Source: an uncultured Bacteriovoracaceae bacterium
Lineage (GTDB): Bacteria > Desulfobacterota > Desulfomonilia > UBA1062
DNA: 64,000 nt
Assembly (NCBI GenBank): GCA_964600235.1
Contig: CAZRIV010000010.1
Coordinates: 72,909 to 136,908 of the forward strand
Direction: 5' to 3'
Shown: positions 35,269-44,846 of the stretch, piece after piece
Position numbering within the stretch: the first letter of the stretch is position 1
Layout of the letters: every line of letters starts with the position of its first letter
Made by a program: the position numbers and the translations under genes
Notes under the pieces: generated by a model
What the model was told of the DNA's origin: nothing
What the model saw: the letters and a program-made list of their open reading frames with translations, nothing else
Database searches by the model: none

Positions 35269-36324
35269 ATGAAGAAGGCGCCCCAGGGCATAAAGGTCGC
35301 TCTTGCCGCCTTTGTAATACTCTTTTGCGCAGGCACGGCCCTTTCCATGTTTCGTGATTCACTGGAGAGGACGACCGGGAGATCGAACCTCACCCCGATC
35401 TTTTCATATCTCGAGCGTCATGGTCCTGGTCATCCCAGGGTGATCTTTCTCGGCAGTTCCCGTTTCGTCTCCTGTATCAAGAGCGATCTTTTTGCCGAGT
35501 TATCAGGGGCAGGGAGTTCATCGGTTCTGAATCTGGCCGCAGATTCGGGCGGCACCTGGGAGGAACTGCTCGTTCTCAGAAAATACCCCGGTCTGCTCGA
35601 CTCTTCACCCGCTGTCGTAATCGAGGTCGAGCCGTGGATGTTCAATAAAAACATGAAACACATAATCCACAAGACACCGTATCCATTCGAGGCGCATTTC
35701 TATACCTGGGCCACGTTTCAGGAAAGACTCGAGTACCCCGACCTCAAGACGAAGTCCCTGCTGCTGGCAGATTATTTCTGGCCCTTTTCCGAACGCCGGC
35801 CGCTGGTGGAGTGGGGCTCCGCCATTCGCCTGCTCCTGCTGGGGAAAGAGGTGGAGCCTAAACTCAGCGAGGCTGTATACCATAAACATGAATGGGCCTA
35901 TAAGGCCCTCTTGAATACCCCGACCTTCCAGGCCCCCCTGATTGCACACGACCACCTGAACAATTTTGAGTTCGATGAATACAAGGCAAGACATCTGAGG
36001 CGCCTTGTCGGGTCGGCGCAAAAGAAGACGGGAAGGATAGTGCTTCTGCAGCCTCCGGTGCGCAAGGAATATATGGACGTGATTTATATGAATCCGGGTT
36101 ATCTTGCTACCTACAGGAAATGCCTGCAATTCATCCACGGACTGGAAAATGAAAAGGTCCGCTCCATAATCTGGGAGACACCAAAGGACTGCGGATTGAA
36201 CGATTCCATCTTTATAGATTACGGTCATTTCAGCAAGGAGGGGGCATATAAATTCAGCCGAAGATTATACAGTGAGTTGGAAAATATGGGAGTTATCAGA
36301 TCAGGGCCCTTGAAGGAGAACTGA
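35269..36324 (+). CDS. Membrane-anchored periplasmic partner of the MBOAT (DltD/AlgJ/PatB-like, SGNH-type fold predicted)
   Basis: 4 nt downstream of the MBOAT stop. N-terminal anchor VALAAFVILFCAGTAL. C-terminal DYGHF motif resembling the DxxH of SGNH acyltransferases. Assignment is by position and weak motifs. Confidence 0.5.
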   Translation: MKKAPQGIKVALAAFVILFCAGTALSMFRDSLERTTGRSNLTPIFSYLERHGPGHPRVIFLGSSRFVSCIKSDLFAELSGAGSSSVLNLAADSGGTWEELLVLRKYPGLLDSSPAVVIEVEPWMFNKNMKHIIHKTPYPFEAHFYTWATFQERLEYPDLKTKSLLLADYFWPFSERRPLVEWGSAIRLLLLGKEVEPKLSEAVYHKHEWAYKALLNTPTFQAPLIAHDHLNNFEFDEYKARHLRRLVGSAQKKTGRIVLLQPPVRKEYMDVIYMNPGYLATYRKCLQFIHGLENEKVRSIIWETPKDCGLNDSIFIDYGHFSKEGAYKFSRRLYSELENMGVIRSGPLKEN

Positions 36325-36473
36325 AGGCAGCCCACAAGACGAAAAGCTTCTCCCATGAGCTTTTCCTCTTGGGATTTAACGCTAACGTCATGCTGTTTCT
36401 CACCCTCCATTGACTGTTTGCCGTGTTTCCGATAAAAACAGAAGATCTTGAGTCAGTGCATAAGGGGAGTTTA

Positions 36474-37337
36474 CGCTTGGGAAGCAGAGATGAACATGAA
36501 CCGACGGACACCTTGCTGAAGCGCCTGTGGCTCTTCTTCACCAAGACCAGCGACCAGGACAGCGACGATACAAAGCGGCAGATCGAGAAGATCCTCGACG
36601 AGGTCGAAGAGCGGGGCATCATCGACGAGGACCAGGGCGACATGATCCAGAACATCCTGGTGCTCAAGGACACCTCGGCGGGCGAGATCATGGTGCCCAA
36701 GGGCGACATCGTGGCGCTTCCCAAGAGCGCAACGCTGGACGAACTGGCCCAGATCTTCACCAAGGAAGGCTATTCCCGTGTCCCGGTCTACGAGGACAGC
36801 CTGGATAATATCGTGGGCATCGTCTATGCGAAGGACATGCTCACCTACTGGAACTCCCGCGAAGAGATCAAGGACATCTCTCAGCTCATGCACCCTCCCT
36901 TCTTCATCCCTGAAGGCAAGAAACTCATCGACCTCCTGAACGAGTTCAGGGAGAAACGTACGAAGATCGCCATCATCATCGATGAATACGGCAGTGTGGA
37001 CGGTCTCATCACCATGGGAGACCTCATGGAGGAGATCGTGGGCGACATGATCGGCGAGGATGGCGACGAGGTGGAGGAATATGTCGTTCCCAAGGGTGAT
37101 GACACCTATTCCGTCGACCCCATGATGCCCATCGACGAGTTTGCCGAGGCCTTTGACGCCGGCATCCCCGAGGGAGATTATGACACGGTGGCAGGGTTTA
37201 TCACCTCACAGATGGAGCGCATACCCAAGCCGGGGGAAAAGCTCGAATATGAACGGCTGGTTTTCGAGATCGTCGGTGCCGACAAGAGGAGGATCCACAG
37301 GCTTCTGGTCCATGCGCCCTCGAAGGTGGAAGATTGA
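36474..37337 (+). CDS. corC: CorC/YbeX-family Mg/Co efflux-associated protein (CBS pair + CorC_HlyC domain)
   Basis: Two CBS domains and C-terminal transporter-associated domain. Colinear with E. coli CorC from LLKRLWLFF. TTG 36474 has AAGGGGAG 7 nt upstream; the ORF could start at GTG 36423. Confidence 0.7.
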   Translation, partial: RLGSRDEHEPTDTLLKRLWLFFTKTSDQDSDDTKRQIEKILDEVEERGIIDEDQGDMIQNILVLKDTSAGEIMVPKGDIVALPKSATLDELAQIFTKEGYSRVPVYEDSLDNIVGIVYAKDMLTYWNSREEIKDISQLMHPPFFIPEGKKLIDLLNEFREKRTKIAIIIDEYGSVDGLITMGDLMEEIVGDMIGEDGDEVEEYVVPKGDDTYSVDPMMPIDEFAEAFDAGIPEGDYDTVAGFITSQMERIPKPGEKLEYERLVFEIVGADKRRIHRLLVHAPSKVED

Positions 37338-38863
37338 AGACCAAACCGGTGAAGCATGCCCCGCCTGAAAGGGTCCGCCTCGAGTCTTTCCTGAAACCGG
37401 TTGTTCTCCCCATCCTTTCCGGCGTGCTCTACGCGCTCGCATTCCCGTTCTATGATCTCTGGGCCCTGGCATGGATTTTCAGCATACCGCTCCTGTTTTC
37501 GCTGGAGGGGGCCACACCGGGCCGGGCATTCCTTTCGGGCATGATAGCGGGCATGGTCGCATGGGCCGGGGTCGTATACTGGATCGCCCTGGTCATGAGC
37601 ACCTACGGAGGCATGGGCCTGTTCATGGCCATACTGCTGCTGGTGCTGCTCATGGCCTACCTGGCAGTGTACTTCGGCGTCTTTGCCTGGGCGGCATCCA
37701 GGCTTCTGGACACGAAGTCCGCCTTCATCGTCCTCCCGGGAATATGGGTGGCCCTGGAACTCATGCGCTCCTACGCGATCTTCTCGGGCTTTCCCTGGGC
37801 TCTCCTGGGTCATTCCCAACTCCCCTTTTCGTCGTTCGTCCAGGTCTCTGAGATAGGCGGGGTCTTTCTCGTCAGCGGGGTTGTCATGATGGGCAATGTG
37901 GCCTTATACCAGGTACACAGAAAGCAGTATGCCCCCGTGGCGGTCGCTGCCGTCCTGGTTGTCGCCTGTGTGGCCTTCGGTCACTGGCGCATGAGCCAGG
38001 GCGACTTCGACGGGATTCCTGTGCGTGCCGCAGCCGTCCAGGCCAATGTTCCCCAGGACCAGAAGTGGCTCGAGGGACAGGTGGACACCACGCTCGATAC
38101 GTACCTCTCCCTTTCGCAGAAGGCTGTGGATGAGAAGGCCGAGCTGATCGCATGGCCCGAGACGGCATGCACCTTCTACCTCTTCAGGCATCTTGAACAG
38201 ACGGTGCGCCTTCTTGACTTCAGCAGGAAAAACCCTGCCTATCTGCTGGTGGGAAGCCCTGCATCCATGGAAGGCAGGTTCTACAACCGGGCCTACCTTC
38301 TCCGGGGCGGGCAGGTCTTGGGTATGTATGACAAGGTGCACCTCGTGCCCTTCGGTGAATATCTGCCGTTCGCGGGTCTCCTGAGGAGGTATTTCGACGG
38401 CCTCACCTCCGAAGTGGGAAATTTCAGCGCGGGCGACAGGCTGGAGCCCATCGGGGACGTGGGGCCGCTCATATGCTTCGAAAGCATTTTCCCGGATATC
38501 TCCCGCACTCTCTGCAGAAAGGGAGCGGAAGTCCTGGTGAACATGTCCAACGATGCCTGGTTCAAGACATGGGCCACGCCCGAGCAGCATCTCCAGTTTG
38601 CCTGTTTCAGGGCCATCGAGACAAGGCGTTACGTGGTCAGGGCGGTAAACCACGGGATTTCGGCTATCATCGACCCCCACGGCAGGGTGGTGAGCAGCAT
38701 AGGGCTGCTCCAGGAAGGAATGATCGTAAGCGATATCAGGATGATCTCGTACATGAGTTTCTATGTCCGCTTCGGACCGGTCCTGGCCTTTGCGTGGGCC
38801 GCCGCCTCGGTCATCGCGGCATTGACAATGCTCTATGCCGGTGCTAAAGCCAAGATCTCATGA
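37334..38863 (+). CDS. lnt: Apolipoprotein N-acyltransferase
   Basis: N-terminal multi-TM region plus C-terminal nitrilase/CN-hydrolase domain with WPE...C motif (LICFESIF). Same corC-lnt order as E. coli ybeX-lnt. Confidence 0.85.
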   Translation: MKTKPVKHAPPERVRLESFLKPVVLPILSGVLYALAFPFYDLWALAWIFSIPLLFSLEGATPGRAFLSGMIAGMVAWAGVVYWIALVMSTYGGMGLFMAILLLVLLMAYLAVYFGVFAWAASRLLDTKSAFIVLPGIWVALELMRSYAIFSGFPWALLGHSQLPFSSFVQVSEIGGVFLVSGVVMMGNVALYQVHRKQYAPVAVAAVLVVACVAFGHWRMSQGDFDGIPVRAAAVQANVPQDQKWLEGQVDTTLDTYLSLSQKAVDEKAELIAWPETACTFYLFRHLEQTVRLLDFSRKNPAYLLVGSPASMEGRFYNRAYLLRGGQVLGMYDKVHLVPFGEYLPFAGLLRRYFDGLTSEVGNFSAGDRLEPIGDVGPLICFESIFPDISRTLCRKGAEVLVNMSNDAWFKTWATPEQHLQFACFRAIETRRYVVRAVNHGISAIIDPHGRVVSSIGLLQEGMIVSDIRMISYMSFYVRFGPVLAFAWAAASVIAALTMLYAGAKAKIS

Positions 38864-39976
38864 TAGCAGATTACCAGCAGCAGATAACCGAAATCGGCGA
38901 ACGCCTTATTGCCATGAGGGGGTATCTTTGAAATCCCTGTCCATGAAAAAAGGCTTTCCGAGATAGATGCACTCCTGACCCAGCCTGACATCTGGAAGGA
39001 CCAGGTAAAGTCGCGGGACCTCCAGTCGGAAAAATCAAGGATAACGGGGATCTTCTCCCAGTGGCAGGCGGTTTCGGCCATGTGGGAAGACCTCCAGGTC
39101 CTCCTGGAACTAGCCAGGGAAGACGAGCAGGGGGTGATAACCGATATCACCAGCACGGTTATTCAGCTCGAAAGGCAGATAAACTCCATTGAAAAGGCGC
39201 ATGTGCTTTCCGGCCGGGATGACGCCAAGAGCGCCTTCCTGGAGATCCACGCAGGCGCGGGCGGGCTTGAGGCGCAGGACTGGGCGGAGATGCTGCTGCG
39301 CATGTACCTCAGGTGGGCGGAGATGAACAGTTACACGGCCAGGATCATCGACATATCGTCCGATGAGGAGGCCGGCATCAAGCACGCGACCGTGGAGATT
39401 TCGGGACAGTGGGCCTTCGGTTACCTCAAGGGGGAGACAGGGGTGCACCGCCTGGTGCGCATATCGCCCTACGACGCCAACAAGAGGAGGCACACCTCGT
39501 TTGCCTCGGTTCTCACAACGCCGGAGGTGGACCAGAACATCGACATCAACATCGACGAAAAGGACCTGCGGATAGACACATACCGTGCTTCGGGCCACGG
39601 CGGCCAGCACGTGAACAAGACCGATTCGGCGGTGAGGATCACGCATATCCCCACCAATACGGTTGTCCAGTGCCAGAACGAACGCTCCCAGCACAAGAAC
39701 AAGGCCTTTGCCATGAAGCTGCTGGCAAGCAAGCTCTATGAGCTGGAGGAGTTCAAGCAGAAGGAGCGCATGAACGAGTTCAGCAAGGGCAAGAAGGACA
39801 TCGCCTGGGGTTCCCAGATACGCTCGTATGTCATGCAGCCTTACCAGCTCGTGAAGGACCACCGCACCAACCTGGAGATCGGCAATGTCGGTGCGGTCTT
39901 AGACGGCGACATCACGCCGTTCATCGATGCATACCTCATCAGCTCCGCAGCGAAGAAGGATGGCCCAGGTGCTTGA
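38860..39976 (+). CDS. prfB: Peptide chain release factor 2 (programmed +1 frameshift required)
   Basis: Frame 0 encodes MIADYQQQITEIGERLIAMRGYL then TGA at 38929. The +1 frame continues EIPVHEKRLSEIDALLTQPDIWKD... into the ORF starting at 39080, which carries the SPF-equivalent and GGQ motifs (SGHGGQHVNKTDSA). ATG overlaps the lnt stop (ATGA). Confidence 0.85.
38917..38931 (+). other. prfB +1 ribosomal frameshift site (SD-like AGGGGG, then TAT CTT TGA)
   Basis: AGGGGG-TAT-CTT-TGA-A matches the canonical RF2 autoregulatory shift site (CUU UGA N preceded by an internal SD). Confidence 0.85.
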
Positions 39977-40469
39977 TCTCATCAAAAGCCGCAGGAGCAT
40001 CAGGGCCTTTGTGGGCAAGGAGGTCCCCCCCGAGGTGATAGACCAGATACTTGAGGCCGGCAGGTGGGCGCCTTCGGGCATGAACAACCAGCCCTGGCGG
40101 TTTGCCGTCATCAGGGACAGAAGCCTCAAGGACATGGTGAGCGGGCTGACGCGCTACGGCAGGATCATCCAGGGCGCTGACGTGCTCATAGCCGTCTTCC
40201 TCGACAAGTCCGAAAGCTATAACCATACAAAGGATGTGCAGGCCTCAGGGGCCTGCATCCAGAACATGCTCCTGGCGATCCACTCGCTGGGGCTCGGCGG
40301 GGTGTGGCTGGGAGAGATCCTGAAGAGCGAAAAGGAGCTGAAGATCCTCCTTGAGGCGCCGGATGCCTATGAGCTCATGGCAGTGATCGCCCTGGGTTAC
40401 CCGTCCGAGCCGATCATTACAAATGCCAGGAGAAAGGACCTTTCGGAACTGGTCTTTTTCAGGAAGTAA
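39960..40469 (+). CDS. Nitroreductase-family protein
   Basis: RRSIRAF motif and FMN-binding pattern (PSGMNNQPWRF). ATG 39960 chosen (N-terminus LDLIKSRRSIRAF typical); the ORF could start at 39927. Confidence 0.7.
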   Translation: MAQVLDLIKSRRSIRAFVGKEVPPEVIDQILEAGRWAPSGMNNQPWRFAVIRDRSLKDMVSGLTRYGRIIQGADVLIAVFLDKSESYNHTKDVQASGACIQNMLLAIHSLGLGGVWLGEILKSEKELKILLEAPDAYELMAVIALGYPSEPIITNARRKDLSELVFFRK

Positions 40470-40512
40470 CCGATACGTGAGCGGGAAGAACCATCCATGA
40501 GAGAGGAACATC

Positions 40513-41670
40513 ATGCCGTCTGAAAGGATACAGCTGGGGGACAAAGAGGTCATCATGGTGGGCACGGCCCACGTTTCCAGGACCTCCATCGAAGAGGTAA
40601 GGACCACCATCCGGGAAGAAAATCCCGTGGCGGTCGCGGTGGAGCTCTGCCAGGCCAGGTATGATATCATGAAAAACCCCCTTGCCTGGCAGAACATGGA
40701 TATCTTCAAGGTCGTCAAAGAGAAGAAAACGGCCTTCCTCATGGCGAACCTCGTGATGGCTTCCTTCCAGAGGCGCATCGGCGAGAGGCTCGGGGTGAAG
40801 CCCGGTGACGAGATGAGGGCGGCCATCGAAGAGGCCGAGGCCAACGGCATGGAGGTGGTGCTCGTGGACAGGAACGTCCAGATAACCCTGGCAAGGGTCT
40901 GGAGGTCTCTGGGCTTCAAGGAGAAGATGAAGCTCCTCTACGGCGCTCTGCTCTCCATCTTCGAGGTGGAGGAACTGGGAGAGAAGGACATTGAAAAGCT
41001 CAAGGAAAAGGATGTCCTGACCGCTGCGGTGGAGGAGATGGCGAGGTACGCGCCCACCATCAAGGAGGTCCTCATCGACGAGCGCGACGCATACATGGCC
41101 AGAAAGATTGCGGACATCTCCTCACCGGGAAGGGTCGTGGGCGTCATAGGCGCCGGCCACATGAAGGGGATCCTCTCCCAGATCGAACACCCGGTGGAAG
41201 ACCTCTCAAGGCTCGAAGAGGTACCGGTGAAGAAAGACGGCGTCATGAAATGGGTCATCCCCCTGGTCATCCTGGCACTGGTCATGGCGGGATTCTTCTT
41301 CGGGGGGACAGAACAGGGCGTGGGCATGATCAAGCTCTGGGTCGTCACCACCATGGCCTGCACCGCCCTGGCCACGGTCCTTGCCCTGGCGCACCCCGTA
41401 ACCATCCTCGTATCCGCGCTTGTCGCGCCCATGACCACGCTCCACCCTGCCCTGGCCTCGGGCTGGTTCGCGGGTTTGAGCGAGGCCTACCTGAAAAAGC
41501 CCAAGGTCTCGGATTTCCAGACCATCCACGAAGACATCCTCAAGTTCAGCGGATGGTACAGAAACCCCATCACCAGGATCCTGCTGGTGGTGACGTTCGC
41601 AAACCTCGGGAGCACCGTGGGCGTGTTCATTGCCGCGCCCATCCTTACCAGGATGGTGCTGTCGGGGTAG
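40513..41670 (+). CDS. TraB/PrgY/GumN-family protein with C-terminal TM helices
   Basis: TraB-family signature (IMVGTAHVS, GAGH) followed by a hydrophobic C-terminal region. Confidence 0.65.
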   Translation: MPSERIQLGDKEVIMVGTAHVSRTSIEEVRTTIREENPVAVAVELCQARYDIMKNPLAWQNMDIFKVVKEKKTAFLMANLVMASFQRRIGERLGVKPGDEMRAAIEEAEANGMEVVLVDRNVQITLARVWRSLGFKEKMKLLYGALLSIFEVEELGEKDIEKLKEKDVLTAAVEEMARYAPTIKEVLIDERDAYMARKIADISSPGRVVGVIGAGHMKGILSQIEHPVEDLSRLEEVPVKKDGVMKWVIPLVILALVMAGFFFGGTEQGVGMIKLWVVTTMACTALATVLALAHPVTILVSALVAPMTTLHPALASGWFAGLSEAYLKKPKVSDFQTIHEDILKFSGWYRNPITRILLVVTFANLGSTVGVFIAAPILTRMVLSG

Positions 41671-41693
41671 ATGCAGATCTTTCCTTGTCGCTG

Positions 41694-42332
41694 CTAAAGA
41701 GGGCACAGGCGTGGGCCGGATTCCTCCCACTCAAGCCATGCACCGCTGTCGTAAAAGGCGGGAAGCACAATGAGGCCGGGTTCCGAGACATACCGGTGAA
41801 GATGCCCGCATATAACCGTATCCACGCCTTTTTCCCGTGCAATACCTGCCCTGATCCGTGACGACGAGGAACGGATCACGGAAGAGGATCTGACAAGGGA
41901 GCGTGCGCAGCGCTCCTTCAGGGACAGGGGGAGCAGACGGTCCAGACGGTCCAACAATGGCCATCCGTAGCGGTGCAGAAGCCTGAAGCCCCTGTCGGCC
42001 TCGGTGAGGGTATGGCCGTGGGCCACCAGGACCCTGGCGTTATACAGGGCGATAACCGTCTCCTCGGCACGGATGATGTCGATGCCGTTCAGTCCGGAGT
42101 TGTTCAGGAGAAAGTCCCTGTTGCCCGGAAGCAGGTGGACCTTGGGAGAACGCATTGCCTGGAGCACATGAGCGAACCTGTTCTCGACTCCGCTGTACCA
42201 GTAATCGAACAGGTCACCCAGGATGTAGATCTCCCGGGCATCCATGAGTCTTTCTGAAAGCCATGCAATGAACCGGTTCGCCTCTTCCCGGGCGTCCGGC
42301 CTCAGGTGGATGTCGGCTACGAATACATGCAT
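41694..42332 (-). CDS. lpxH: UDP-2,3-diacylglucosamine pyrophosphatase LpxH (calcineurin-like phosphoesterase)
   Basis: N-terminus VFVADIHL, GDLFD, GNRD and GH.H motifs in LpxH order. Start is uncertain: ATG 42332, or up to 42368. Confidence 0.7.
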   Translation of the reverse strand: MHVFVADIHLRPDAREEANRFIAWLSERLMDAREIYILGDLFDYWYSGVENRFAHVLQAMRSPKVHLLPGNRDFLLNNSGLNGIDIIRAEETVIALYNARVLVAHGHTLTEADRGFRLLHRYGWPLLDRLDRLLPLSLKERCARSLVRSSSVIRSSSSRIRAGIAREKGVDTVICGHLHRYVSEPGLIVLPAFYDSGAWLEWEESGPRLCPL

Positions 42333-42395
42333 TATTACCATAAAAGACAAAATGGCTTGATATGGCAAGCAAATCCTTTTATAAAGGCAACAGTT

Positions 42396-44048
42396 ATGGG
42401 TTTGGTATATAAGAGGGGTTTCCTACACCAGGGGAGCAGGAGGAGGAACCCGAGGAAAATAGTGTTGTCAGTCCTTGCCGTCGCAGTCGTCATCGGCGCG
42501 GTATTGGCATTCCTCGGCAAGGGTCCCTCCAAGGCTGCGCCTCCTGAGTCGCCCGAGACACAGGCCGCCGGCGTGCAGGTCGTCAAACCTGTACAGGCTC
42601 AGGCATCTCCGGATGATCCCTTCAAAGACGCAAGCAGGGTGACGCTCAATGTTGCACGGGGCGATACCTTTACCGGAATCCTCAAGGAAAACGGCATACC
42701 CCAGCGGCAGGCCCTCGACATCATTGAACGGGTAAGGGATGCATTCGACCTCGCCAGGATCTCTGCAGGCAACGAGCTCATTCTCTATTTCAGCAGGGAC
42801 AACCAGACGTTTTTAGGCTTTGAATACGAAATCGCCGATCTCAGCCGGCTCATGGTTTCTATTGACGGGGATACCATCGAGGCCAGAAGGCAGCAGGTGG
42901 ACCGCATTGTAGAACCTGATGCCCTCGACGCGCTCAGGCCGGTGGATCTGAAGGTGAGGCGCGGCGACAGCATATTCAGCCTCCTCCAGGCCTGCGGCAT
43001 AAAGGACGAGCAGATACATCGGCTCTTCACCTCGGTCAGGCGCGAGTACAATCTCGCCGATATCACGCCCGGACATCCTCTGAAGGTATGGGTCACGGGT
43101 GAATCTCCCAGGACACTGGAAAAGCTCACCTATGAAATCAACCCGGTAACCTACCTGGAGGTGGTCCCCAAGGACGGCATCTTCAAGGCAAGAAAATGCA
43201 CGAGGGATCTGGAGACGTCCGTGGAAAGGGCCGAGGGTACCATCACGAACTCCCTTTATGAGTCGGCGCTCAAGAGCGGTTTGAGCCCGGAGATCGTCAT
43301 GAGCCTCACGGACATATTCGGGTGGGACATAAACTTTTTTACCGATATCCAGAACGGCGACACCTTCACGGTCCTCTATGAGAGATATTCCGTCCAGGAC
43401 AGATTCAGAGGGTACGGGAGGATTCTTGCCGCCCGCTTCGTGGTAAAGGGCGAGGAGCACCTGGCCATCCACTACGAGGACAAAAAAGGCAAACAGGGAT
43501 ATTATGACGAGCACGGCAAGCCTATCCGCAAACTTTTCTTAAAGGCGCCTCTGAACTATCGCCGCATCTCCTCGGGTTTTTCACGCAGCCGTCTTCACCC
43601 GGTGTTCCATGTGAGGAGGCCCCATCTCGGCGTTGATTATGCAGCGCCTACAGGCACGCCCGTGGTGGCCCTGGGGCAGGGCAGGGTAAGGGCATGCGGA
43701 TGGGCGCGGGGCTTTGGAAAGACCATAACCGTCGGGCACCCGGGAGGGTATGTAACCCATTACGGTCATCTCTCGAGATTTGCAAAAGGGATCGCCAAAG
43801 GGAAGCGCGTCGAACAGGGAGACGTGATCGGATATGTGGGAAAGACGGGCATAGCTACAGGGCCGCATCTCGATTTCAGGGTCCAGTACCGGGGCAGGTA
43901 TACCAACCCGTTGAAGTTAGAGCCGGTAAACGGGCCTGCGCTCCATGGACCGGCACTCGCACGGTTCAGGCAGACAAGCCTCAAGCAGCTCACCCTGCTC
44001 GATGACCCCTCCCTGAACAGGTCGCTCAAATTGGGCAAGTCGGGTTAA
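42396..44048 (+). CDS. M23-family metallopeptidase with N-terminal anchor and OapA/LysM-like region
   Basis: M23 motifs HLGVDYAAPTGTPV and HLDF. N-terminal TM VLSVLAVAVVIGAVLAFL. Start is uncertain: ATG 42396, GTG 42462, or ORF start 42306. Confidence 0.7.
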   Translation: MGLVYKRGFLHQGSRRRNPRKIVLSVLAVAVVIGAVLAFLGKGPSKAAPPESPETQAAGVQVVKPVQAQASPDDPFKDASRVTLNVARGDTFTGILKENGIPQRQALDIIERVRDAFDLARISAGNELILYFSRDNQTFLGFEYEIADLSRLMVSIDGDTIEARRQQVDRIVEPDALDALRPVDLKVRRGDSIFSLLQACGIKDEQIHRLFTSVRREYNLADITPGHPLKVWVTGESPRTLEKLTYEINPVTYLEVVPKDGIFKARKCTRDLETSVERAEGTITNSLYESALKSGLSPEIVMSLTDIFGWDINFFTDIQNGDTFTVLYERYSVQDRFRGYGRILAARFVVKGEEHLAIHYEDKKGKQGYYDEHGKPIRKLFLKAPLNYRRISSGFSRSRLHPVFHVRRPHLGVDYAAPTGTPVVALGQGRVRACGWARGFGKTITVGHPGGYVTHYGHLSRFAKGIAKGKRVEQGDVIGYVGKTGIATGPHLDFRVQYRGRYTNPLKLEPVNGPALHGPALARFRQTSLKQLTLLDDPSLNRSLKLGKSG

Positions 44049-44078
44049 ATGTAACAGAACCCCTTTAGGAGGTGTTCC

Positions 44079-44837
44079 ATGATCGCCGGGTATGCCGTCA
44101 TCACCATCGTCGTGCTTGTTCTCCTCTTTGTTTTTTCCGCCATCAAGGTGCTCAATGAATACGAACGTGCAGTTGTGTTCAGGCTGGGCCGGGTTCTCGA
44201 GGATCCCAAGGGACCCGGGCTCATCATCATCATTCCCCTCATAGATAAGTACATACGCATCGGCCTGAGGACCATCGTTCAGGACGTGCCCCCCCAGGAC
44301 GTCATCACCCGGGACAATGTAACGGTGAAGGTGAATGCCGTGGTTTACTTCCGCGTGATCAACCCGTTAAAGGCGGTCATAGACGTGGAAAACTACCTCT
44401 ATGCCACGAGCCAGCTCAGCCAGACAACGCTGCGCTCAGTCTGCGGCCAGGCGGAGCTCGATGAGCTCCTCTCCAAGCGTGATGAGGTGAGCGCCCACAT
44501 CCAGACCATCCTGGACAGGCAGACGGATCCATGGGGGATCAAGGTTTCCGCCGTGGAGCTCAAACATATCGACCTGCCTGAAGAGATGCAGCGGGCCATG
44601 GCCAAACAGGCCGAGGCGGAGCGTGAGAGACGGGCCAAGATCATCAATTCCGAGGGAGAGTTCCAGGCGGCTCAGAAGCTCTTCGACGCAGCAGAGGTCA
44701 TCTCGAGAGAGCCCATAGCCCTGCAGCTCCGCTTTCTCCAGACCATACGTGAGATCTCGTCGGAGGGCGGCACGAATACCATCATACCCCTGCCCATTGA
44801 CCTCATATCGCCGTGGATAAAAAAACAGGGCAGCTGA
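44079..44837 (+). CDS. SPFH/band-7 (stomatin-like, QmcA-type) membrane protein
   Basis: N-terminal TM and band-7 domain (VVFRLGR...), with C-terminal coiled-coil [21 protein letters not shown]. Confidence 0.8.
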   Translation: MIAGYAVITIVVLVLLFVFSAIKVLNEYERAVVFRLGRVLEDPKGPGLIIIIPLIDKYIRIGLRTIVQDVPPQDVITRDNVTVKVNAVVYFRVINPLKAVIDVENYLYATSQLSQTTLRSVCGQAELDELLSKRDEVSAHIQTILDRQTDPWGIKVSAVELKHIDLPEEMQRAMAKQAEAERERRAKIINSEGEFQAAQKLFDAAEVISREPIALQLRFLQTIREISSEGGTNTIIPLPIDLISPWIKKQGS

Positions 44838-44846
44838 TGCGTATTC

